Source: a virus. From it: a stretch of DNA of 64,000 bases. The first letter of the stretch is position 1, and every line of letters begins with the position of its first letter. Positions 20,401 to 31,438 of the stretch are shown piece after piece. Location of the stretch: the IMG/VR virus record IMGVR_UViG_3300021389_000014, positions 1 to 64,000 of that record; one strand, written 5' to 3'. Under the pieces are notes generated by a model. It was not told where the DNA came from, did not search any database, and worked only from the letters and a program-made list of their open reading frames with translations. Made by a program: the position numbers and the translations under genes.

Positions 20401-23400
20401 TAGTCCTGTTGCTCTTGGATTTGCGAAGAAAAGCCTAGTAAGATTTGATGGAAACTATATAATCTGTCATGATGGCTCTAAGCACACAGCTACGACTAAT
20501 GAAATTTTTAATATGTACGATACATCATTTGATGTTGTGTCCGCCGCAGTGTATGATTTAGAAACTAGAATTTATAATAATATATCGGATAGCAAGACTT
20601 CTGTATTCGAATTCTTACCAAGAACTAATACCAGAGAATTTATGAATTATTCTCTTTTAAATACTATGCTAAAAGAAGAGTGTATAAGTTGGTCATCGGC
20701 ATACACCGATGGATACGAAGAAGTAAGAATTTTGGATTTTAATTCTGCTGATAAATTCACTTACAATTACAAATCTGTTACCGAGTATGAAAGTTATAAA
20801 TCTTTATACAAATATATGTTTAACACGGAACGCCCTCATACACATCCTTGGGAAATGTTTGGATTTGTTGACGAGCCAACCTGGTGGTCTGCCGCATACA
20901 GTTGGGTTGATGTTTATAAACGAGAAAGATTGGTTGATTCTCTTAAAAATGGTTCAATTAATTATATTGGAAATCAGACAGAGCCAGACATCGCATACGC
21001 ATATTACAATTATGATTGGGATAACCAAATATTGGTCACAGAAACGGGAGAATTAAATGATCCTATAACTGCGGGAATAATAGATGAAATAGAATTGGGA
21101 ATTTCTAATTTACATAATAATTTTTCTTTCGGAAATGACATGTTTTTGGTTGAACAAAATTGGAAAAATACAAGTGATTATATATTTTCACTGGCGAAAG
21201 CACTGTTTAGATTAAAACCATATAAGATGTGGAACATATTTTGGAAAAAGAATGATTTGATTGAATTAAATCAGACTTCAAAATCTATAAAACTATATGA
21301 TTCTACGAAATCAAGAATTGGCATAAGAGAAAAAAACTTACACTTGTATAAAAATGAATTGAAACACGTTATTGGTTTCAAAATTCCCCAAACACAAACA
21401 GATTATGGTCAGATTTTATCTGTGATTGCTCCGCAAAATGAATTCTATGGACAAGCAACATTCAGTCCTGTTATAAATCAGAGTAGAATTGAGAATATAC
21501 AAATAATAAATTCTGGATACGGGTATAGAAAAGATTTCCCAGTTATTATACAAACCGTGAACGGATATAATACTAGCGAAGTTATGGCAGTAGTTGAAGA
21601 CACGCCAGTTAATACTGTTTTCGGGATGAATGCGTTGCTAGTAGAGCAATATAATAATATTACTAACATAGAAGAACTTCTGCATAACACAGAATCTCTT
21701 CCCATAATACACCTTGGTGGATATAGTAAAAAAGAATTGCTTAAAATAGAGTTGGATGGTAGTTATACTAACGGTAAAATTACTATACCTCCGGAGGATT
21801 ACGGAATATATCTATCAAAGTCTCCAACAATTGCAAGAATACGATATTCTGGGGTTATCGTAAAGAAAACAGAAACTGGCGAATACGAAGTTTCTGGGTA
21901 TAACACTAGAAATAAAAATTTCATTATTTATCAAGTTAATACTAATGGACAAAGTAACGATGTGGTAATAGATCAAACTTACTCCATAACCCGTTACACA
22001 AAATTTAAGAATTTAATAGCAGGTGTTCCATACGGAACCCGCTTTAAAAAACGCCAAGATTTGTATAACTTCTTAACTGGTCTTGAAGAATTTTATAAAA
22101 AAATTGGATTTCATGATATGAACTGGGAACAAGGTTCCTTGTCAATAATGAGATGGACTATGGCAGAAAATGATTCTAATACCACATGGGAAAATGGGTT
22201 AAAAAATAATAGAGTTATATTTAAACAAGGTTCGACTGGAATTGTAAAAGAAATATCAGATTATGATTCATTTAATAATCCGATTTCTAACGTCCTAAAA
22301 TCTCCTATATCTCCAAATAATTTTATTTTCTATAGATCGGAGAATTTTACTGAAATAAAACCAAAAAATGAGGCGAATTTAACAGAAAAAATCTACGGGA
22401 TAACCATAGACCTGATAGAATATGAACATTTGTTGCATATAAATCAACAAACACGGTTTGGTGATATAATTCAAAATAATAAAACCGGATTATTCAACGA
22501 TAGAATAAAGATAAAGGGAGAGCGAACCAAAAACTGGAATGGAAGAATTAATGTTCCTGGTTTCTTGGTAACTGAAAGCGAAATAGTAAACAACTTTGAT
22601 AGCAATATCAGAGAAATAGAAAACGATATTTTGAATTCTTACAACAAAACTCTTAATACGCTGACTAGGTATACAGACAAATACACAGTTGGATACCAAG
22701 AGAAGCCATATTTTATCGATCTTACCGACACCGAAACTTCGGCTTACGAATTTTCAAAAGGTGTAAGAAAATACAAAGGAACCACACAAAGCATTGACGC
22801 CATATTAAAAAATAAAAACATATTCGCGAATAATAGTGATACTATTTCTGAAGACTGGATGATATTTTCAAAAGATTATGGCGATAAGAACGTTTCTGAT
22901 GCAATTCGCGTAGAGGTCCCTCGTGATTTGGTTAAATCTGATCCACAGATAATACGTTTTAATAACAACACGAGCTATGACGATCCATATGATACCGTCA
23001 TTGATATACCAAAAGGTTCCAGTAGCTATATATCTGGTAATTTTGAAAATCCAATACCAACGTTGCCGCCAAAACCATTTAGTTTGAGAAATGCAGATGA
23101 TATTAAATATTTTGAAAACTTTGCAAAAACTTCTGGAATTCCGTTTGAGAGCGAAGTAGATTATGTGGTTGGCGGTATTGGTGATATGCTGGAAGTTTAT
23201 GAATACTCTAGCGATTATGCAAATGTTCCGCTATGGTCTGGTAACGTTTCGTACAAAAAAGGTGATATAGTTCGAAAAGGTCCGCGAGTATATCAATATT
23301 TGTTAGAAACAACTGGATATAATCAGATAGCATCACAGAGTTACATTAGAGGAAATGTGACATTTCCAATTGTTTCGTCTGGTTCTACATTTATAATAGG

Positions 23401-26400
23401 AGTAAGACAAGCAGATGAAACTGAAATAACTTATTACGATATAACTTTTGAAAAAACCCAAGGTGTTGCAGAATACGTGCCTTATGAGTATATTTCGACA
23501 GTTGCAAATCCTGTCACAAATGTCGGGAAAAATCTATCGATCAATGGAAACACAATAGTGTTATCTAGCTCCACGGCTACTAATGTAACTCCTACATCAA
23601 ATTCAATTACTGCGACTGGAACACTTGCCGATTTTAGTGTTATTGGAGAGTATTTAGATCAAATTATAATCGACGACTATCGTATAAGATTGAGTAATAT
23701 TGATGAGTTGCTTAATTCAAAAATAACTTTATTTACTGCGTTGTCTTCAGTAAATGTAGACTTACAGAATGTTGGATTAGATTCAGCCGGTCTATATCTA
23801 GGTAATATCCCAACTAAAATGAATGCTTTTAGGCAGTCTTATATTTCGGAAACTTCTTTACAAGATTGGAAAAATTTCTTAAATAATTATTATTCGGGAA
23901 TATACGAAAATTACGGGTTTAATATAAATTATCTTACAAATTTCTATTCTTCATTGAATGGATTTGAAGATTATTATGATGAGTTTGTTGCATTCTATGA
24001 GAACGAAATAAGTATATACGAAACATTATTTGGTATTACTATAGAAAATGGTGTTACGCAAGTTTCGAGTACAACGTTGAATACTATGATACAATCTATA
24101 GAAAACACTTTATATATTACAAAAATTTCCAGATATATAAAATCTGGTGGTATCATAATCGGCAGTGACAATATTGCTATTCTTGGTACAACTGATAGTG
24201 TTTCTTTAGATTCTCAAGAAATCGTTGATAAAATAAATAATTATTTTTCAAGATTGAATTTGTCGGATTCTTATGCTGCGAATATAATTGATGATAAGTT
24301 ACAAATTGTTAAATATATACCGTTAGCGCAAAACACCGGAAGTTTGTCCATCATTGTTGATACAACTGGTACGAATTTGGGATTTGAAAACGAAATAAAT
24401 GTATATAATGTTCTAGACGAATTGGTTACTACTGAATATTTCGTGTCTTTGGAAAATTTAATAAACACAATAAATTTTTATGCAATAAATGGAATTGTTG
24501 CATCTTCTCAAAACGGATATTTAAAAATAACAAGTAGTAACCCTGAACTCATCATAGGAGAAGGGACTGCAAATTCTGATATTGGATTGGTAGCGGGAAC
24601 ATATGCTTCACAATTCGTGGATGGGACTATATTATTGGATTTAGATGTCAATGATGTTGTTGAGCAAATAAACAACGAAAATATACAAAATGTTGTTGCA
24701 TCAAACATAAATGGTAGCGTTGTTATATCCGCGTCTGTCGCAGAGATAGACATAGGTGCAGGAACCGCAAATTCTGTGTTAGGGTTTTCTGACATCGATT
24801 CTATCGTTACTGTTGGAACAAATGAAAGTGCTGGTAGTATAAGCAATACGTTCAATTCATCTGAATGGACAACTATCTCCGATCCTATTGACTTTAATAT
24901 ATGGGTAAACAATAATCTAGACCCAATTATTGTAAACACAAGCAGAAGTTCTGGATATAATGTTTACCAAGCTATGGATTTTGATCTTGAAATTTTTGAA
25001 ATATGTCCTGGCACATTTTCAAACGATGATGCGATGATAAAATTCTTAAAACCTCATAACTTACAAGTCAATGATTATGTAGTTATAACTGCATCAAATT
25101 CATCTCCGAATGTAGACGGCATTCATCGTGTAACTGCCATATATTCAGATACCATAATATTCATAGAGAGCTATATAAAAAATAATGGTTCTTATGGAAA
25201 ATGTTTTCCATTAAGGCCAGTTAGGTTTTCAAACACACAGCAGATGCTTGATAGCGGATTTGATCAAAAATATCATTCTGGAATTTATGGTTGGAAACCA
25301 GGAATGTACGCATATGTAGATTCTTATGAAGATACGGGTATTCCAGCGGCGTATCGTTGTATTGACGTGAATTTATTTGGTGCTGTTTATTTTGAATTGA
25401 TAAGAAAATTCGAACCAATGGCAGACAATTATAAACTAAAATCTGCATACGCGTATGACTATGGAAAAATGCAAACAAAAACAGAATTTGAAGTATTTGA
25501 TCCAGTAAAAGGAATAATACCTGGAATTGCTGAAATAGAAATTGATATAAAAAGTATATATGACAATGCACGATATACGGATTCTACGGATACTGATGAA
25601 AAAATAGACATGGACAATTATTGGGCAGACGATCATGTCGGAAAAACGTGGTGGGATATGTCAACCGCAGTTTATATGGATTATGAACAGGGGTCTCTTG
25701 ATGGGCGTCAACAAAATTGGGGAAAACTGTATCCAACCTCAAGCATTGATGTGTACGAATGGACAAAAAGCACAGTTCCGCCAGATATTTACGAAGAAGA
25801 GGTTATCTCAAATGCAGTAGTTGGTGGCATTCAACTTACCGGAACTCCGTACTACCGAATCGGAAGATATGGCGACAAAGAATATTACTGGACAGAAAAA
25901 ACGACATTTGACCGTTCACGCGGAATAAATGAAACTTATTATTATTACTGGGTAAAAAACAAAACTACTGTCCCGAATAGCAAGAGAAGATACACAACGA
26001 TTGATTTGGAAAATATAATAAGAAATCCTAGTTCATACGGTATTAATTGGATTGCAGCAATTTCCAATGATGCAATAATTTTATCTGGATTGGCAGATTG
26101 TTTGGCATGTGATAAATCTATTATTAATGTATGGTTCCAAGAAAGCGATGATAGTTATCATAAAGAGTATATCATTCTCTCTGAGGAAGAAAAGGAAAAA
26201 AAGATACCCTATGATTTGCACAAATCGCTCAGAGACAGTCTTGCGGGATATACGGATTATGATATAGAATTAACTTATTCTCCTTGGATGCCATTAAAAA
26301 ATTATAAGAAGGATGACGTGGTAAAATATGAGGATAGCTATTATATCGCCATGTCAAATAACACCGCCGTTACCCCTGCGCCGCAAATATCTGTTAACCC

Positions 26401-28111
26401 TGTTGTGTACGATGGTGTGTGGCATGAACTAAAGTTTTTAAATGCTATACAAAACGAAGATGTGTGGGATATAAAAAGCTATGGATACACATGGGATGAT
26501 GCTTTATGGGATGACACTGATTGGTCGAGAATATTCCCAGACAATTTGGATAATATTGACGGAGAATTGTATATAAAGTCATTGAAAAATATACCAGATT
26601 ATAAAAAACATCCGTTGGTTAAAAATGGTATATCAAAATTCGGTCAAAGTTGGTTTAAAAATGTTTCAGATGCAAGAAGATCGTTTGTTGAAAAATTAAA
26701 TCAGACTTTAAAAATGATTAATATGTATGAAATAAGATCAAGTTGGTATTATTCTTTTAATACAGTATTTCATCCTACTGGTAAAGTGTTTGATTCTTCA
26801 TTCGTTGAATACAAAGTATCTGATATGTATACATATACAGACTGGTATACGGCGGACTATAAAAATATAACAAAAATAAATTATACTATTCAAACAGCAG
26901 AAGAAATAGGAAATATTAATCCTTCTTTGGGAGAAACACTAAAAATTATAGGGATCAAAGACCCAGAAGATGACATCAAACGGTCAAAAATATATATGTA
27001 TGATGGTGTTGCGTGGAATTTGATATACCACGAAAAAGCTACGATCCATTTTTCTGATGACATATGGAATCCAAAAACATCATCAAGAACGTGGTCTGAT
27101 GATTTATGGGATGTTGATTCTTGGGATAGAGATACTGGTCCATATTTCTTTAAAATGCTAGATATTTTATATGAAACGGTATTTAATGGAGAACTAAAAA
27201 GTTTATACAATGAACTTTGGTTTACTATGCTTAGATATGTTCATAGTGAGCAAGATTTTGTAAATTGGGCAGTCAAATCCTCTTACTTTAAATTTGTTCT
27301 TGAAAATGAATTTACGGAAGACAAAAAGTATAAGAAAGATATAATACAAAATGTTCTTGATTATATCCAAGATGTGAAGCCATTTACTAGCAAGATGAGA
27401 GATTTTACGAATAGAAAAAATATCATTGATAGTACGACTATAGGAATTGCAGAATTAGATGACATAAAATCGGTCACTTTGAATTACTCTGATGTGTCAA
27501 CTGATGCAGTGTATAATGGGGATGTAATATTAACAAACACATTTGCTGAACAAGGTGATATTGATACGGTAACATCTGACATGATAACTACCGAATATGA
27601 TTTTATATATGATGGCAACGTCATGGATTATAGTAATGATAAATTTTCAGAAGAACTAATTCCATCAAGAATGAGAGATGCGGTTGGTATTTTCATTACT
27701 AGAAATGAGGTAGGAGACACAGAAACCGACACCACTAAGCAATATGTTATGCATGTAAACAATAAAAACAAAATTTCGTATAGTATATCTGAAAACACTG
27801 ATATTTCTCAATTGACAAATAATATACTCAAAACTGATACCTCTATAGAGGTAGATGATGGAAGTAAATTCTTGTTTAATTCTGGAAACACTATATCTAA
27901 AAGTTCTGGCGTAGCTTGGATAAACGGTGAAAGAATTGAGTATAAAAATGTAATTGGAAATATTCTTTTGAATTGTGTAAGGGGGACTGGCGGAACTGCG
28001 CCACGAGACCATATAGCAGGCGACGATATGCTTTATACCAATAATGAAAATGTGGATTATCCACCGATTGAATTGAGCACTATACTGTATGATGCTATCA
28101 ATTTTAATTAA
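17447..28111 (+). CDS. Giant (3554 aa) baseplate/virion structural protein (gp7 position)
   Basis: Uninterrupted ORF after gp6; FLPNIFKT..N.KFL N-terminus, VKPFTSK near the C-terminus, CBM-like motifs. Confidence 0.7.
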   Translation: MKPENTKKVDRNIQSGTTKILQGSRNVTDFLPNIFKTPTNRKFLNSTLENLFSSGTTENINSYWGKVSGSTFDYENDVFNSDTTSIRQNYQFATGFKTSVDSQEVATSYINAIRSLTSNGYAVGDMDRLMAEQEYILDLPINSDMFVNYLNYHWLIDDMPVCVIEPTSSNPIDIDKIVKVNSYTTPVLENGKTLTLVNGMRISFSGVNATSSSGNYFANSIYFVEGVGSGEITLVEQIDRFGKNVFPRAVPYTPYIYRDGWDTSLFDSVEYDDSVYINLLKEYVVMDRMSDDKNAWSRINKWYSIYAITATAEYNEFSISSVINEKTSARRPIIQFDPNMELYNSGKKWKLVIDHHIEGVTEAEIEGNSQYFNNYYYLENGDRVLLTDKDTDTFGVYAVTGVGSNINLTSITSSLAFQKDDKIYVSHSNVDEFIANEFYYEFGKLIRAQQKTHRSDSPLFSLYDSGSKSLNNYNETNFVGNEIFKYKTSDTSILDQETGLNLAYDLNNPEAYSFDIAIESKKYLYSSENGIITNIDGEYFFKKHIHSEQYVSVWSPTKDVQRSKVNEVIVVEKDGQNVSYNISPIEHPNSYIVKINQDNAIWFEKKYGYIYSDGEKNPNITLVRNMDYTINYISNYQSATGIYLDIFDPYGNVPSGVTISNDNTNEIALNVSDSYEYDTLIYKASGYEYYGIIFLVDSIKSYDVLLNGNSATDTDYVYQNGTIKITSSLKKGDVVEFSYYTDQASAPRDIASSFKYNPLNEPVFELNSTEIADHIIKQNIENPFYDGVFVGENTYYKSPKNTTYGGNIRQQIYSPAPHSIFHANENYDILTSIDIIKTDYENFKNIFKSKVTQLWNRNSFDSIRDLVDETLSQINIGKNETFSYARSNMAYYDNFETYTHNVTDTDLTFDISFLKNAYGNKKTSYQLWIITDESTQQEWVPLKEDKDFTLNFDLIKINQEILGSATSATVELRLYDMEAKSYIPYSPVALGFAKKSLVRFDGNYIICHDGSKHTATTNEIFNMYDTSFDVVSAAVYDLETRIYNNISDSKTSVFEFLPRTNTREFMNYSLLNTMLKEECISWSSAYTDGYEEVRILDFNSADKFTYNYKSVTEYESYKSLYKYMFNTERPHTHPWEMFGFVDEPTWWSAAYSWVDVYKRERLVDSLKNGSINYIGNQTEPDIAYAYYNYDWDNQILVTETGELNDPITAGIIDEIELGISNLHNNFSFGNDMFLVEQNWKNTSDYIFSLAKALFRLKPYKMWNIFWKKNDLIELNQTSKSIKLYDSTKSRIGIREKNLHLYKNELKHVIGFKIPQTQTDYGQILSVIAPQNEFYGQATFSPVINQSRIENIQIINSGYGYRKDFPVIIQTVNGYNTSEVMAVVEDTPVNTVFGMNALLVEQYNNITNIEELLHNTESLPIIHLGGYSKKELLKIELDGSYTNGKITIPPEDYGIYLSKSPTIARIRYSGVIVKKTETGEYEVSGYNTRNKNFIIYQVNTNGQSNDVVIDQTYSITRYTKFKNLIAGVPYGTRFKKRQDLYNFLTGLEEFYKKIGFHDMNWEQGSLSIMRWTMAENDSNTTWENGLKNNRVIFKQGSTGIVKEISDYDSFNNPISNVLKSPISPNNFIFYRSENFTEIKPKNEANLTEKIYGITIDLIEYEHLLHINQQTRFGDIIQNNKTGLFNDRIKIKGERTKNWNGRINVPGFLVTESEIVNNFDSNIREIENDILNSYNKTLNTLTRYTDKYTVGYQEKPYFIDLTDTETSAYEFSKGVRKYKGTTQSIDAILKNKNIFANNSDTISEDWMIFSKDYGDKNVSDAIRVEVPRDLVKSDPQIIRFNNNTSYDDPYDTVIDIPKGSSSYISGNFENPIPTLPPKPFSLRNADDIKYFENFAKTSGIPFESEVDYVVGGIGDMLEVYEYSSDYANVPLWSGNVSYKKGDIVRKGPRVYQYLLETTGYNQIASQSYIRGNVTFPIVSSGSTFIIGVRQADETEITYYDITFEKTQGVAEYVPYEYISTVANPVTNVGKNLSINGNTIVLSSSTATNVTPTSNSITATGTLADFSVIGEYLDQIIIDDYRIRLSNIDELLNSKITLFTALSSVNVDLQNVGLDSAGLYLGNIPTKMNAFRQSYISETSLQDWKNFLNNYYSGIYENYGFNINYLTNFYSSLNGFEDYYDEFVAFYENEISIYETLFGITIENGVTQVSSTTLNTMIQSIENTLYITKISRYIKSGGIIIGSDNIAILGTTDSVSLDSQEIVDKINNYFSRLNLSDSYAANIIDDKLQIVKYIPLAQNTGSLSIIVDTTGTNLGFENEINVYNVLDELVTTEYFVSLENLINTINFYAINGIVASSQNGYLKITSSNPELIIGEGTANSDIGLVAGTYASQFVDGTILLDLDVNDVVEQINNENIQNVVASNINGSVVISASVAEIDIGAGTANSVLGFSDIDSIVTVGTNESAGSISNTFNSSEWTTISDPIDFNIWVNNNLDPIIVNTSRSSGYNVYQAMDFDLEIFEICPGTFSNDDAMIKFLKPHNLQVNDYVVITASNSSPNVDGIHRVTAIYSDTIIFIESYIKNNGSYGKCFPLRPVRFSNTQQMLDSGFDQKYHSGIYGWKPGMYAYVDSYEDTGIPAAYRCIDVNLFGAVYFELIRKFEPMADNYKLKSAYAYDYGKMQTKTEFEVFDPVKGIIPGIAEIEIDIKSIYDNARYTDSTDTDEKIDMDNYWADDHVGKTWWDMSTAVYMDYEQGSLDGRQQNWGKLYPTSSIDVYEWTKSTVPPDIYEEEVISNAVVGGIQLTGTPYYRIGRYGDKEYYWTEKTTFDRSRGINETYYYYWVKNKTTVPNSKRRYTTIDLENIIRNPSSYGINWIAAISNDAIILSGLADCLACDKSIINVWFQESDDSYHKEYIILSEEEKEKKIPYDLHKSLRDSLAGYTDYDIELTYSPWMPLKNYKKDDVVKYEDSYYIAMSNNTAVTPAPQISVNPVVYDGVWHELKFLNAIQNEDVWDIKSYGYTWDDALWDDTDWSRIFPDNLDNIDGELYIKSLKNIPDYKKHPLVKNGISKFGQSWFKNVSDARRSFVEKLNQTLKMINMYEIRSSWYYSFNTVFHPTGKVFDSSFVEYKVSDMYTYTDWYTADYKNITKINYTIQTAEEIGNINPSLGETLKIIGIKDPEDDIKRSKIYMYDGVAWNLIYHEKATIHFSDDIWNPKTSSRTWSDDLWDVDSWDRDTGPYFFKMLDILYETVFNGELKSLYNELWFTMLRYVHSEQDFVNWAVKSSYFKFVLENEFTEDKKYKKDIIQNVLDYIQDVKPFTSKMRDFTNRKNIIDSTTIGIAELDDIKSVTLNYSDVSTDAVYNGDVILTNTFAEQGDIDTVTSDMITTEYDFIYDGNVMDYSNDKFSEELIPSRMRDAVGIFITRNEVGDTETDTTKQYVMHVNNKNKISYSISENTDISQLTNNILKTDTSIEVDDGSKFLFNSGNTISKSSGVAWINGERIEYKNVIGNILLNCVRGTGGTAPRDHIAGDDMLYTNNENVDYPPIELSTILYDAINFN

Positions 28112-28117
28112 TAAATA
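28111..28117 (+). promoter_or_regulatory. Late promoter ATAAATA
   Basis: Consensus upstream of 28144. Confidence 0.6.
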
Positions 28118-28143
28118 CTATCATATATTAACAGGAAGATAAA

Positions 28144-28722
28144 ATGATAAATGATACTGAAAATATGAACTTTAATGTAGAAGGTCACGTAAAGATCGTC
28201 AATTTAGACAATAATTCTGTTATATTAGATAAACGCAATGCAGTAAACTATCAGAATTTTGCCAAAATTATTTCACAGATTTTGGCAAATTCTGGAAGTG
28301 GTGCAGGAATTCATTCTATGGCTTTTGGCAATGGTGGAGTGAATATTGATAGTTTGGGAAATATAACATACAAACCTACAAAAACATTCGGTTCAGCCGG
28401 AAGCTTATACAACGAAACTTATTCAAAGATTGTTCAAAATGATCCGGTCGTTGATGAGTTTAATAATATTTCTTATACTTATATAGACGGCAATAATTAT
28501 AGTGATACGATTATTACCTCTACACTGGATTATAGTGAGCCGAGCGGTTATCCAGAGTTTGATACAACCGACAATATAAGTAGCGATTATATTTTTAATG
28601 AAATATCACTAAAAACTATAAACGACGAATATCTAACACATATTATCTTCCATCCTGTTTTGAAATCGCAAAATAGAAGAATTCAAGTAATTTATACACT
28701 AAGACTGACTATAGGAGCATAA
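28144..28722 (+). CDS. Virion structural (baseplate/fibre-attachment) protein
   Basis: GHVKI, MAFGNGG, FNEISL, HPVLKS..R.IQVIYTL; tail context. Confidence 0.6.
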   Translation: MINDTENMNFNVEGHVKIVNLDNNSVILDKRNAVNYQNFAKIISQILANSGSGAGIHSMAFGNGGVNIDSLGNITYKPTKTFGSAGSLYNETYSKIVQNDPVVDEFNNISYTYIDGNNYSDTIITSTLDYSEPSGYPEFDTTDNISSDYIFNEISLKTINDEYLTHIIFHPVLKSQNRRIQVIYTLRLTIGA

Positions 28723-28723
28723 A

Positions 28724-31078
28724 ATGATATATACCGTTGATTTCAGCAATCCCGCAAAAACTCCTATATTGGTTAACATTGGCGAATTAGACAATTCTAC
28801 TTCTCTTTCCCTAGTTGGCAAAAACTACACAAGATATGGCGAAGTTTTTGCAGAAAATTATGTTCATTTACTTGAGCATTTTGCATATAGCGATCCTCCT
28901 TTGAATCCAGTAGAAGGCCAGATTTGGTATAAATCGGATGAGCAGTTGTTAAAAGTTTACGACGGAACACAATGGAAAGGTCTGACAGAGGGCGGCGATG
29001 CAGGTCCAACTGTTAAAAATGTATATTATGTTTCTGAAAGTGGAAGTGATTCTAACACTGGAGAATCTCTTGGTCAATCGTTTTTGACTATAGACCGTGC
29101 GTTGGAGAGAATACACGAAATTGATACAGAAGCAACGGAATATCGTCATCCTGTTACTATTTTTGTAAAAAGCGGAACATACACAATAAACAATCCGGTT
29201 GTAGTTCCAGAGAATGTTTCTATTGTTGGTGATAATCTACGTTCAGTGAACATAATGCCACAAAATGCAGACCAAGATATATTTTGGGTTAAGAATGCAG
29301 ACTATTTTGCAAATATGACATTTAGAAATCATGTATCGCCAAGTGCTGCTATTGCGTTTCCTCCTGATGGAAGTGCCGGAAGAATAACCACTAGCCCATA
29401 TGTGCAAAATTGTTCAAGCATAACGACAACAGGAACGGGTATGCGAGTTGACGGAGACCATACAGAAGGTCTAAAATCTATGGTTGTTGATGCATTCACC
29501 CAATATAATCAAGGTGGTATTGGTATTCATATGCTTAATCGCGGAAATACTCAATTGGTTTCTGTATTTACTATTTGCTGTGATAAAGCAATAATGTGTG
29601 AAAGTGGTGGATTTTGTTCGTTGACTAACAGCAATTCGAGTTTTGGGAATTACGCACTTGCATGTGACGGCGTTAGTTCACCAATATATACCGCTAATGT
29701 AGTTTCGCAAGATGCGGTTAATATTTTCACCTTTAACAATTTAACAAGAAAGCCTACCATTGGCGATGCCGTTAGTTTTGCCGGAGATGCAAATTATTAT
29801 ACCGTATTCGAAACAAGTGATTTAAGTATAGATAATACCGCAATATTTTCTCCATCTTATACCACACAGTCTTCCACACTGCAAAACTCACGTCAGACTA
29901 TATTGGACAATGCAGATATTTTAAAATCACAAACCATTGAATTCATAGTTACTAATTATCCAGACTTGGATTTTGATCAATTCTTGTGTTCCAGAGATGT
30001 TGGGATTGTACTTAATTCTATAGCGGATGATATGGTGTTTGGTTCTACTTATCTATCTACTGTTGCAGGAATAAGCTATTACAAAAATTCTGCTACCGAC
30101 GTAATTGATTTACAATTAACAGAAACAGTTGATGCAATTGATTTCTTAAAAAACAAAGTATTATCCTTGTTTTCCGGAACGAATACAGTTACTAGTAGAA
30201 TTGCAGAAAACTTCAACATAATACTAAACATTCTTCAAAATGGTAAATTATCTGCAGTTGACCCAGCGTATACTGATCCAGAAGTAGTAAATCAAAATGC
30301 GGTATATGCAAAAAACATGCTTATAGCAAATAGGCCATTTGTCGTGGCAGAAGCTGCGGCATATATGAGCGCAAATTATCCAAGTTATATATACGATATT
30401 GCAGAATTTAACGAAAATATAGAATACATATACAACGCCATGATATATGATATTCTTTATTTTTCAAATAAAGAAACAGCAGATGCTGCTGACGAATTCT
30501 TTAATGGAGGATTTATGGAGATTCCAGAACCCGACAGAACAAAATATGTAGATATGTTTATCTACTTGAAAAATATTACAAGAGACATACTTGGTAGTGT
30601 AAATATATCTCCAATTAATACTTCGCAGCCGCAAATCACTGCTCTGCCAGTAACAAACGAAACGCAAAAACAGCGCGCAGATTCGCTTTATGATATAGTT
30701 CTAGAGTTAATTGAGAATGGATACACTGTTACCGCCACGTTTGAAGAAGCTGCAACTGGAAGTTATGCATTGGGAGATGCGACTAACTTTCATCAATACA
30801 GTTTAATAACCGCATCGGGCCATACATTTGAATGGGTAGGTGCCGGAACTGACATCAATACCTCACTGCCATATCTTGGAGGCACAGCGATTGTTGAAAA
30901 TCAAGTATTGCAAGAAAATGGCGGAAAAGTATATTTTACCGGAACTGATGAACGTGGAGATTTTAAAATCGGAACTGATTTCACCATAAATAGAGCTAAA
31001 GGAACAATTGAAGGGCGCGTTTTCCGTAGAAGTTTGTATGGAATACTGACACCTTATATATTGGCATTACAGGAGTAA
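28724..31078 (+). CDS. Tail fibre/spike with pectin-lyase-like beta-helix
   Basis: N-terminal fibre anchor (ENYVHLLEHFA...EGQIWY); YYVSESGSDSNTG, VKSGTY, SIVGDNLR. Confidence 0.7.
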   Translation: MIYTVDFSNPAKTPILVNIGELDNSTSLSLVGKNYTRYGEVFAENYVHLLEHFAYSDPPLNPVEGQIWYKSDEQLLKVYDGTQWKGLTEGGDAGPTVKNVYYVSESGSDSNTGESLGQSFLTIDRALERIHEIDTEATEYRHPVTIFVKSGTYTINNPVVVPENVSIVGDNLRSVNIMPQNADQDIFWVKNADYFANMTFRNHVSPSAAIAFPPDGSAGRITTSPYVQNCSSITTTGTGMRVDGDHTEGLKSMVVDAFTQYNQGGIGIHMLNRGNTQLVSVFTICCDKAIMCESGGFCSLTNSNSSFGNYALACDGVSSPIYTANVVSQDAVNIFTFNNLTRKPTIGDAVSFAGDANYYTVFETSDLSIDNTAIFSPSYTTQSSTLQNSRQTILDNADILKSQTIEFIVTNYPDLDFDQFLCSRDVGIVLNSIADDMVFGSTYLSTVAGISYYKNSATDVIDLQLTETVDAIDFLKNKVLSLFSGTNTVTSRIAENFNIILNILQNGKLSAVDPAYTDPEVVNQNAVYAKNMLIANRPFVVAEAAAYMSANYPSYIYDIAEFNENIEYIYNAMIYDILYFSNKETADAADEFFNGGFMEIPEPDRTKYVDMFIYLKNITRDILGSVNISPINTSQPQITALPVTNETQKQRADSLYDIVLELIENGYTVTATFEEAATGSYALGDATNFHQYSLITASGHTFEWVGAGTDINTSLPYLGGTAIVENQVLQENGGKVYFTGTDERGDFKIGTDFTINRAKGTIEGRVFRRSLYGILTPYILALQE

Positions 31079-31087
31079 GAAAACAAA

Positions 31088-31429
31088 ATGGCTTCACCAT
31101 TATTACCGTTAAACAAATTTTTAAATGTTGCTACTAAAGTAACAACCGTTGACCAGATAGCTTACACGGTTCCTTCGGGAATTTCTTCTATCGTGCTGTC
31201 GGCTATATGCACAAATTATACTGGAAACCCAGCGACACTAAACGTAAGAATTTCAAAAGCAGGAACAAGTTATTATCTTATTCCAAATATTGAATTGCCA
31301 GCAAATGAAGTAATGGATATTATTTCTGGAAGAATGGTTTTGACCGAGGGCGATCAAATTATTATAAAATCTAATATTGCAGATTCTGTTGATTTCGTTA
31401 TGAGTCTGAATGAATCGGCAAATGAGTAA
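31088..31429 (+). CDS. Small beta-rich virion structural protein
   Basis: AYTVP, MVLTEGD; fibre cluster. Confidence 0.5.
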   Translation: MASPLLPLNKFLNVATKVTTVDQIAYTVPSGISSIVLSAICTNYTGNPATLNVRISKAGTSYYLIPNIELPANEVMDIISGRMVLTEGDQIIIKSNIADSVDFVMSLNESANE

Positions 31430-31438
31430 GGAAAATAA

